Notes under the pieces: model-generated
Seen by the model: the letters and a program-made list of their open reading frames with translations, nothing else
Told to the model about the DNA's origin: nothing
Database searches by the model: none
Source: Myxococcota bacterium
GTDB lineage: Bacteria > Myxococcota_A > Bradymonadia > UBA7976 > UBA1532
Direction of reading: 5' to 3'
NCBI GenBank assembly: GCA_036337435.1
Contig: JAYZEG010000050.1
Location: 1-15,390 of the forward strand
DNA: 15,390 nt
In this document: piece after piece, positions 1 through 7,345 of the stretch
Numbering within the stretch: the first letter of the stretch is position 1
Layout of the letters: every line of letters begins with the position of its first letter
Translations under genes and position numbers: made by a program

Positions 1-20
1 ACGAGTGGTGAAAAAGCCAT
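1..20 (-). CDS. Probable 5' end of a divergent gene running off the left edge (MAFSPL...)
   Basis: Minus strand reads GGAAGGA-TTAAAAC-ATG GCT TTT TCA CCA CTC GT: a good Shine-Dalgarno (34..28) 7 nt before an ATG at 20..18, open to the edge. Only 6 codons are visible. Confidence 0.45.
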
Positions 21-221
21 GTTTTAATCCTTCCAAAAATTTTCGTGCCGCCCTAATGAGCGACACTGACAACCCTCCTGACGGCACTTGCCTGTGGCTA
101 TTCATCAAAAAAAGAAAGTCACTGATAAGCTGAAGCTTCCCGCCCGAAGACACAGCGAAGCTTGCGTGACTCTGGAGACACGAATAACGTGTCACATAGG
201 TCACTGATATTTGGTACGAGT

Positions 222-227
222 GGGGAG
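222..227 (+). promoter_or_regulatory. Shine-Dalgarno for the giant FAS1 lipoprotein
   Basis: GGGGAG 9 nt upstream of ATG 237, which opens a typical lipoprotein signal peptide. Confidence 0.6.
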
Positions 228-236
228 CTAAATCGC

Positions 237-3200
237 ATGGATGGAAATCGACAATATTTCTTGGCGTTCGTCCGAGTCCTGTTTGCCGTTTGCCTTGTTG
301 GCTGTGGTAGCAATCCAGACGGCCCCGATGCTATGGCAGACGGCGGTTACGATAGCTCGTCTCAGGAACCCGACGGCTTGGTCGACGGGGGCAGTCTAGA
401 TCAAGGCGCTGATACAGGTTCAAGCCAAGACAGTGGCAGGCAAGACAGTGCAATGCCTCACGATGCGACGTCCGATGTGGGCGGCATGGGTGGTGCTGGC
501 GGCATGGGTGGTGCAGGCGGCATGGGTGGTGCAGGCGGCATGGGTGGTGCAGGCGGCATGGGTGGCGCAGGCGGCATGGGTGGCGCAGGCGGCATGGGTG
601 GTGCAGGGGGGCAGATGCTTGGACCCAACCTTATGGAGGTCGCACGTGAGCGAGCAGACCTGTCGAGTTTTGTTGCGGCCGCGGAAGCCACAGGCCTTGA
701 CCAAATTATCGATGGACCCGGGCGATACACTGTTTTTGCGCCAAACAATGCAGCGTTTGCGGCGGTGCCAGGCCTCGATATGCTGTTGGCCGATCCGGTG
801 GCCCTAACAGCCGTACTTAATTACCACATTCATCGCGGCGTCCTCGATAGTGAAGGGGTTCGCGGCCGTCTGCAGCTCCCGATGCAAAGTGGTGCATCTG
901 TTGCAGTTACAATTGACGGTGCTGCGACGTTCATCAATGGAACCTCGGTGAGCACAGCCGACATAGAAGGGGCCAACGGATACATTCATATCCTCGATGG
1001 TGTGCTCAGTCAGGATGACGCGCCACGGCCTGAGAACGTGATGCAGGTTCTCAGAGCAGACCCAAGATTCTCAATATTCACACAGATGATTTTGGACACT
1101 GAGTTCGATACTGAGTTAAACGAAGTGGGTCCGTTCACTGTGTTTGCACCAACGAATGAGGCTTTCGATGAACTCAGTGCTCAGCAGCCAGGTTTTGTCG
1201 AAGGCCTTAATCGCATCGCGAAGGAAGCATTCGTGATGACTCATCTCGTCGACGGTCAATTGTCTGCGGACACCATTTCTATGCAGGCGAGTGCGGTCAA
1301 TTTTAATAATGTCAGCCTGCCGTTTACCCAAGGGGAGGGCGGCCTACAGGTGGCTGGCGAATCCATCGTCGATGCGGACATTGATGGGGGCAATGGCCTC
1401 GTCCATGCCATCAGTGGTGTGATTATCAGAGAACGGGATCTCACACTTCTTGAATGGTTGGAAGCAGATGGTCGTTTCACAACGCTCTTGCAGGCGGCAA
1501 CAGCCGCGGACCTGGCGTCGGCCTTGGACGAGGAAAACTGGCAAAACCTGTTGACCGTATTTGCGCCGACCGATGCTGCATTTGCTGCGGCGGAAGCTGC
1601 GTCGCCGGGGACATTGGAGGCGGTGCTTTCCAACCCAGAGTGGGCTCGTGAGTTAATCCAGCATCACCTCGTCACCGGTGAATTTGACACGGACGCTATT
1701 ATCGCAGCAGAATTTTTGGCGGTGCAAAGTGGGCGACTGATGCCCGTGACGACCCAGAACGACGGTTCGATTCTGATTTCGGGGGCTGTTGTGACTGAGC
1801 GTGATGTCTATGCTCACAATGGCCTCATTCACGTTGTGAACGCGGTCATTCAGCCGCCCGAGGCACAAGAGCCACCTGATTGCATCGAGCCGGGACCCAT
1901 GCTGGTCGATCAAGTCGTCGCGGGCACGACCGTCCGAGGACCCGGCTTTTACTCCTACACACCTCAGCAGGATGGTCAGGTCTGTTTCAGCACACTTGGG
2001 TCGGCTTTTAACACCAGGCTGACCGTACGAACAAGCTGCGACGATGAGGCATCCGTGATTGGGAGTAACGATGATGTTCTTACAGGTGTATTAAATCAGA
2101 GCCAATTGACCCTTAATCTTGAAGCTGGGAGCCAATATTTCGTCGTTGTCGATGGCCCCAATGATTCAACCGGCGACTTCGTCGTGTCCGTCTCCAATGG
2201 TGCATGTCAAACGCCGCTTTCAATGATCGACATCATGGAAGGTCTCGTTGGCTTTGACTCATTCTTGATTGCCCTCGATATTCTGGAAGAGTACGACCGC
2301 TACGGAGCGCCGGGGGCTGATTTGACGGTGTTTGCCGCCACAGAGGCTGCTTGGGACCGACTGGATGTGCTGGAAGATGGTGCTTCCGAGGCATTGCTCG
2401 GCGACGACCAACGGCTGCGTCTCGTGATTCAGCATCATACCCTGCCGGAACAGAGAACATTGGAGCAATTGGTAACCCTTGAATCGTGGGAGACTGAGAA
2501 CGGTCAAAGCGTGCTCATTGATCAGATTCGGGATGAGGTTCAGGTCGATGGAGTGACTGTTCAGCGAGGTAACCTGTCTGCGAATAACGGGATTGTGCAC
2601 GTCGTACCGAGACTGTTCTCTCCGATGGATCCATGTCTCAATGATGAGGCATGCACAGCACCCCTCGTTTGTCGCAATGGCTTCTGTCAAGACCCTCCAC
2701 CTGTGCAGAATCTCATCGCCGAAATGACCAATACGGGTAATTATCAAAGATTTGTTCAGCTTATCGGCCTCGCTGGGTTGACTGATAGGCTAACCAATGA
2801 GGGTCCTTTTACGGTCTTTGCTCCAAGCGATGATATTTTTGCGGCCATCGAAGCCGAGACACCCGATGCCTTTGAGGCGTTGATGCAGGACGGTGCAGCG
2901 ATACGTCAATTGGTCGAATATCACCTCGTTCCTTCGGATGTAACGGCTCATGACCTATACGGTCTTGACCGGGTTGTTTCCCTTGCCGGTATGCCCATCG
3001 AAATTGATGCAGGCCCTCAAGGCATTCAGCTCAATGGTGTACAGGTACTTCAAACAGATTTGGTCGCTGAAAATGGTCGAATTAATGACATCGCGGGGGT
3101 TCTTCAGCTACCCAGTGTTGTCGAGGCTGGAGCATGTGACCAGCCCAATCAACTTCCAGGTTTCGGTCGTTTCATCGGTCGAACAAATGATGGCGTTGGT

Positions 3201-5831
3201 TCGATGGAAACCCTGTGTTCTGAGCATTGCGGTGAGGTAAATAGTCCCGAATCTGTGTTCCGTTTTGTCCCTGAAATGGACGGAACCGTGTGTTTTCTGA
3301 CACGAGATTCTGATTATGACACGGTCATTCATATACGGGGTGATTGCGATGATGGAACCTCGGAACTTATCTGTAACGATGACTCTGCCTTCGCGGGTGG
3401 TGTGCACTCTGCTGTCGAACTCGATGTAGTGTCCGGCGAAGAGTACTTCATCATCGTGGATGGATGCAGTCGTCGAAATCGTGTTGTCGGGGAAAGTGGG
3501 CATTTCTTGCTTACGGTTCGTGATGGACCGTGCCGGCAGCCCACCACAATTATGGACCGCCTGGTTCAGCAAACAGCGAAATACCGCACCTTGCTACATG
3601 CGATTCGAGTCGCTGGTTTGGATGAAATTCTTGAACGAGAAGAAACCAGGACGCTCATCGCGCCGACGGAGGTTGCCTTCAATGCTTTGGAAGATGCCAA
3701 TCCAGGTATCTTGGCAGAGCTGACCTCGAATCCTGAGGCCCTAAGAGCTCTGCTACTGTATCACATCATCGATGGGTCAAGACCAAGTCAGCAACTCATT
3801 GATGAAGAGACTGTTTTGACCCAAGACGGCCGGTTCATCCAATTTTATAATCGGGGTAACTCTGTCTTCGCCAACAGGCTGTTGCTCGAGGATATTGATA
3901 TTGCTGCGGACAACGGCTTTATCCATGCCATCGATGAGATCTTGGTGCCACCGGAGCTTTGTCCATCAGGCCCTGCGGACTGCGCTGACCTCGGTGAGAT
4001 TTGTCTTCAAGGGCAATGCATGCCTGAACCGTATGCGGGGACCATTGTCGATGAGCTGATCGCTATGGGTACGTTTACAACCTTTTTGCAATTCGCAGAG
4101 CGATCTGAACTGGTCGAGTTATTGGCCAACGCGAACCTGACTGTCTTTGCGCCCAATGACCAGGCGTTCGCGGATTTTGAAAGTTTTGACCAAGCCGGTT
4201 TCAACGATGTTTTGACCAATCCAGCAGAAATGCTTGATTTAATGCAATTTCATCTTGTTGATGAGATTTACCAAGAAGACGAACTGGCCGCCCTTGATTC
4301 TGTCATATCAAATCAGGGGACATTGATCGTATTGCAAGAACGAGACGATGGCATCCGAGTCAATGGGCATCGGCCGCTCGATACCGATATCCGTTCGTTT
4401 AATGGCATCATTCACATCTTGGACCGGGTCATGAGGCCCCCTGCAGAACCAGATGCCTGCGAGGACCCTCAAGAGCTCTTAGAGTTTGGAGAAGTGCAAG
4501 GCAACACGGCGGCTGGCGGAGCCCGATACGGATCTACGTGCGGGGGCCTCGCGGCGAGTCGAGAGATTGCCTTTCTCTATTCGGCACCTGACGACCGAAG
4601 TATTTGTTTGAGTACGCGTGGGTCCGAGTACGATACCGTAATGCATGTTCGCCGTGGGGTCTGTGAGGAGTTGGGAGCGCAAGCAAATTGTCCGGACGCT
4701 GCAGACTTAACATGCTGTAATGATGATTCGGAGCATGCGGGTGGCTTCACATCCGCGCTTACTGTGAATACGCTCGCGGGCGAAGATTATTATATTTTTG
4801 TAGACGGCTTTGGAGCTGAATCAGAGGGCAACTTCACACTCCGAATCAGTGATGGGGCCTGCGGTCAGCAGCCACCAGACGGTGACATCATGACGATTCT
4901 GGAAAATGAAGGACGTTTTAATACGTTCATCGATGCACTTACAGGCGCTCAATTATCACGGACACTGAGTGACCAGGACGAACAGTTCACAGTCTTCGCA
5001 CCAACTGATGATGCGTTCATTGCGCTAGACCAAGCGTTGCAGGCCGTACCAGATGGGGATCCAGAGGACTTAGAAGATCTTTTGAGAACGCGCGCGGTCT
5101 TACTTCCAATGATGTCGTATCATGTCACGTCAGGGACATTTTTCTCGGACCGATTGGCCGAGTTGGACCAATTGCAGTCCCTCGAGGGCCGCCCGCTTCT
5201 ACTTAATCTCCGTGGCGAGGACAACTATGTCTCAGACCTCATGGTCGTCGAGACTGACTTAGCTGCGACCAACGGAGTCGTGCATGTGATTGAGACTGTC
5301 CTGGAGCCACCGACAGTTTGCCTTCGACAGCAAGACTGCAATGCTGACCAAATTTGTGATGTGGTTTTTGGTCTGTGTCGACAAAGACCCGATCCTGGCA
5401 CGTGCCAAGACCCATTCGTAATCGATGGTTTGGCTCAGATTCAAGGGAACACAGCCGAAGTTGCTGATGGGCCAGTGGTTCACAATTATGAGTACGGTAC
5501 GTGTGGCGGTCGCACAGGGTTCGAACATGTGTATCGGTTCGAGCCAGTCGTTCCGGACGGTGTTGAGCAGGAGTATTGCTTCCACACCATCGGCAGCGAT
5601 TTTGATACCGTGTTGTATGCTCGACATAACGCGTGTACCGATCGAGCCGCTGAACGAACTTGCAACGACGACAACCGAGCGATTACCGGCCAGGCGGGCG
5701 CATCCGCCATGACAGTGCGCGCGTCTACCAACGATGTCATCTACATCATGGTCGATGGCTGGTCGGATCTAGAACGAGGAGACTATTTGCTCAATGTTTT
5801 CCTGGGTAGCTGTGAAGCGGGTGCTCCTTAG
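237..5831 (+). CDS. Giant fasciclin (FAS1)-repeat lipoprotein, putative surface adhesin: 8 FAS1 + 4 PPC-like 'NDD' modules + 3 four-Cys motifs
   Basis: ORF 162..5831, start moved to ATG 237 (SD; signal MDGNRQYFLAFVRVLFAVCLVG|C with lipobox LVGC). Eight domains carry FAS1 H1 (TVFAPTNEAF-like), [YHF]H and H2 (NGxIHxIDxVL-like) motifs at about 624-1010, 1032-1430, 1440-1859, 2217-2624, 2706-3113, 3543-3953, 4038-4442 and 4884-5312. Modules with DTV/NDD/YxIxVDG motifs at about 1878-2207, 3129-3533, 4452-4862 and 5397-5813. Confidence 0.93.
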   Translation: MDGNRQYFLAFVRVLFAVCLVGCGSNPDGPDAMADGGYDSSSQEPDGLVDGGSLDQGADTGSSQDSGRQDSAMPHDATSDVGGMGGAGGMGGAGGMGGAGGMGGAGGMGGAGGMGGAGGMGGAGGQMLGPNLMEVARERADLSSFVAAAEATGLDQIIDGPGRYTVFAPNNAAFAAVPGLDMLLADPVALTAVLNYHIHRGVLDSEGVRGRLQLPMQSGASVAVTIDGAATFINGTSVSTADIEGANGYIHILDGVLSQDDAPRPENVMQVLRADPRFSIFTQMILDTEFDTELNEVGPFTVFAPTNEAFDELSAQQPGFVEGLNRIAKEAFVMTHLVDGQLSADTISMQASAVNFNNVSLPFTQGEGGLQVAGESIVDADIDGGNGLVHAISGVIIRERDLTLLEWLEADGRFTTLLQAATAADLASALDEENWQNLLTVFAPTDAAFAAAEAASPGTLEAVLSNPEWARELIQHHLVTGEFDTDAIIAAEFLAVQSGRLMPVTTQNDGSILISGAVVTERDVYAHNGLIHVVNAVIQPPEAQEPPDCIEPGPMLVDQVVAGTTVRGPGFYSYTPQQDGQVCFSTLGSAFNTRLTVRTSCDDEASVIGSNDDVLTGVLNQSQLTLNLEAGSQYFVVVDGPNDSTGDFVVSVSNGACQTPLSMIDIMEGLVGFDSFLIALDILEEYDRYGAPGADLTVFAATEAAWDRLDVLEDGASEALLGDDQRLRLVIQHHTLPEQRTLEQLVTLESWETENGQSVLIDQIRDEVQVDGVTVQRGNLSANNGIVHVVPRLFSPMDPCLNDEACTAPLVCRNGFCQDPPPVQNLIAEMTNTGNYQRFVQLIGLAGLTDRLTNEGPFTVFAPSDDIFAAIEAETPDAFEALMQDGAAIRQLVEYHLVPSDVTAHDLYGLDRVVSLAGMPIEIDAGPQGIQLNGVQVLQTDLVAENGRINDIAGVLQLPSVVEAGACDQPNQLPGFGRFIGRTNDGVGSMETLCSEHCGEVNSPESVFRFVPEMDGTVCFLTRDSDYDTVIHIRGDCDDGTSELICNDDSAFAGGVHSAVELDVVSGEEYFIIVDGCSRRNRVVGESGHFLLTVRDGPCRQPTTIMDRLVQQTAKYRTLLHAIRVAGLDEILEREETRTLIAPTEVAFNALEDANPGILAELTSNPEALRALLLYHIIDGSRPSQQLIDEETVLTQDGRFIQFYNRGNSVFANRLLLEDIDIAADNGFIHAIDEILVPPELCPSGPADCADLGEICLQGQCMPEPYAGTIVDELIAMGTFTTFLQFAERSELVELLANANLTVFAPNDQAFADFESFDQAGFNDVLTNPAEMLDLMQFHLVDEIYQEDELAALDSVISNQGTLIVLQERDDGIRVNGHRPLDTDIRSFNGIIHILDRVMRPPAEPDACEDPQELLEFGEVQGNTAAGGARYGSTCGGLAASREIAFLYSAPDDRSICLSTRGSEYDTVMHVRRGVCEELGAQANCPDAADLTCCNDDSEHAGGFTSALTVNTLAGEDYYIFVDGFGAESEGNFTLRISDGACGQQPPDGDIMTILENEGRFNTFIDALTGAQLSRTLSDQDEQFTVFAPTDDAFIALDQALQAVPDGDPEDLEDLLRTRAVLLPMMSYHVTSGTFFSDRLAELDQLQSLEGRPLLLNLRGEDNYVSDLMVVETDLAATNGVVHVIETVLEPPTVCLRQQDCNADQICDVVFGLCRQRPDPGTCQDPFVIDGLAQIQGNTAEVADGPVVHNYEYGTCGGRTGFEHVYRFEPVVPDGVEQEYCFHTIGSDFDTVLYARHNACTDRAAERTCNDDNRAITGQAGASAMTVRASTNDVIYIMVDGWSDLERGDYLLNVFLGSCEAGAP
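480..605 (+). repeat. In-frame 18-bp tandem repeat, 7 copies (GGCGGCATGGGTGGYGCW), encoding (GGMGGA)7
   Basis: Units start at 480, 498, 516, 534, 552, 570 and 588 and differ only at third codon positions (GCT/GCA, GGT/GGC). Confidence 0.97.
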
Positions 5832-5869
5832 GACGATATGAGAGCTGATCTATCCGCACGGGTACCCCA

Positions 5870-7192
5870 TTGAGCTTCGACCCATATCGCATCCTTGGTG
5901 TTAATCCATCGGCCAATGCTGACGAGTTGAAGTCGGCTTGGCATGCCCGAATCAAAATTTTTCATCCCGATACCCTTGGATCGGCCCCTGAGCATGAGCG
6001 TAAAGCCTCGGAAGAAATGACTAAGCTTCTGAACGCTGCCTATGAGATGGCAGTCGCCGCACTGTCGAGTCCGGCTAGGCAGCGTCAACAGTGGCCGCAC
6101 GCCCAACCTCGGCGCCCGTCGCCTGCCGATGACCCCGACCAAAGGCGCAAACACAGTGGACCCAGCTGGTCAGAATCTGCGAAGACGTGGCGGAGTTCGC
6201 GAGATGACGCCCCGGATGCGACCAGGCTGCTGCGTCAAGCGAGTGTTTCGACCGATTATGCCGCCGGACTTTTCGACCGTTGGCGGCAAACGGTCAGGGG
6301 GTTTAGAAACGCCGAGAAACAATTTGACGATAGTCTCTCCGTAGCCCTTTCACGCTTTGAAGAGGTCTCCAAATTCATCGTGAAATGCCGGTCAATAGAA
6401 ACGATTTGGCTCGACGCATTGAAGGACTCATTCCTGGATAGTTTTTTTGCTGGGGTGCTGACTCACTTGGTCCGTGCAGAGCGTTATGTGCAGCGTCTTG
6501 ATAGCGTGGTCAGTAACCGAAAAATGTCGACTAAACTGTATAACCAAATCGAATCTGAAATGACGGCAATCCATCGATTATATCCACCGAAACCGGATGC
6601 GGGGGGCCATGAGCTGAACCGCATTACGGTACTTGCAGACAAACAGTCTGAGAGTCTCGGTCGAGACTACAACGATATCAAACGACGCTTCGTCGAAGGG
6701 CGAAACGCATTTGAGCGCTGTACTGTTCGGATGCGCGCTTTGATCGGTTGGCAACGCGATGCTGTACGTCACTTGAAAGATGCTGAGCATCCCATTGAGC
6801 GTGCATTTGTGTCCACAGCGACTGCGTTTGGTGCAGCGGAGGCTGAGCGAACCGCTGCAAAGGAAAACCGCACGCAATGGCTTTCCGAGAGGACCGTCGA
6901 TGCTGCCCACCAGCAAAAAGAGAGAGTTCAAGCACTTCAGACCGATTGGCAACAGGCGCGTCCGATGACCGATGAACTCAAAGCCGCGCTTGCACGTCGA
7001 CGCACCCTCTGGGTTGAACAATCGGCGGGCTTCGATGAGCTCTTGGCAAGCGAGGAGGCATTAGCAAAGCATTTATCGGAGGCACTGTCGGTTTTAGAAC
7101 GAGCCGGACCCCTGATTATGACTTTGGTCGAACAAGAGACGGGACCCCGAATTGCCGCGATTCAGATGCGTTTGAAGACCAGTAATCGCTAA
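5870..7192 (+). CDS. J-domain (DnaJ type III) protein with Pro/Gln-rich linker and long helical/coiled-coil C-terminus
   Basis: N-terminus DPYRILGV..A.ADELKSAWHARIKIFHPD...A.E..KLLNAAYE is a canonical J domain with intact HPD. No G/F region or zinc finger. TTG start 38 nt after the upstream stop. Confidence 0.85.
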   Translation: MSFDPYRILGVNPSANADELKSAWHARIKIFHPDTLGSAPEHERKASEEMTKLLNAAYEMAVAALSSPARQRQQWPHAQPRRPSPADDPDQRRKHSGPSWSESAKTWRSSRDDAPDATRLLRQASVSTDYAAGLFDRWRQTVRGFRNAEKQFDDSLSVALSRFEEVSKFIVKCRSIETIWLDALKDSFLDSFFAGVLTHLVRAERYVQRLDSVVSNRKMSTKLYNQIESEMTAIHRLYPPKPDAGGHELNRITVLADKQSESLGRDYNDIKRRFVEGRNAFERCTVRMRALIGWQRDAVRHLKDAEHPIERAFVSTATAFGAAEAERTAAKENRTQWLSERTVDAAHQQKERVQALQTDWQQARPMTDELKAALARRRTLWVEQSAGFDELLASEEALAKHLSEALSVLERAGPLIMTLVEQETGPRIAAIQMRLKTSNR

Positions 7193-7300
7193 GCCAATAA
7201 AAATTTGTGCGGGTTGCGGAAGAAAAAACGTGACCTCTTGGTTGACTCCAGTATCGCTTTTAGGTCAGCACTTTCTTGTTCAATTCTTGCACGACTTCTA

Positions 7301-7318
7301 TTGGCGGTAACACGCCAA
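7301..7318. promoter_or_regulatory. Palindrome TTGGCG-N6-CGCCAA upstream of the degP RBS (operator or leader hairpin)
   Basis: Perfect 6-bp inverted repeat, 7301-7306 / 7313-7318; function unknown. Confidence 0.3.
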
Positions 7319-7345
7319 AAAAGGATGTTTGAAAGGGGATATCTC

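Noticed and set aside
82..98. Sigma-54-like CGGCAC...TTGC elements upstream of the giant gene
   Set aside because: The strict GG-N10-GC spacing is not met on either strand.
162..236. ORF-track N-terminal extension (TTG 162) of the giant protein
   Set aside because: ATG 237 has an SD and gives a normal-length lipoprotein signal peptide.
480..605. Tandem repeat as a CRISPR array
   Set aside because: No spacers, lies in frame within a CDS, and no cas genes.
420..807. Alternative-frame ORFs with (TTHAAC)n, (AAWVVQ)n and (PPAPPM)n repeats
   Set aside because: Shadows of the 18-bp repeat. Variation is synonymous in the GGMGGA frame.
3336..5783. Two RGD tripeptides (3336-3344 IRGDC; 5775-5783 ERGDY), recalling FAS1+RGD in TGFBI
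   Set aside because: Expected by chance in a long Gly/Asp-rich protein, and not conserved at equivalent positions of the other modules.
7265..7291. CIRCE-like half site TCAGCACTT between the J-protein and degP
   Set aside because: The right arm (GAGTGCTAA at a 9-nt spacing) is absent.
7205..7345. ORF-track N-terminal extension of DegP
   Set aside because: AT-rich and intergenic-looking. ATG 7346 has a strong SD and a proper signal peptide.
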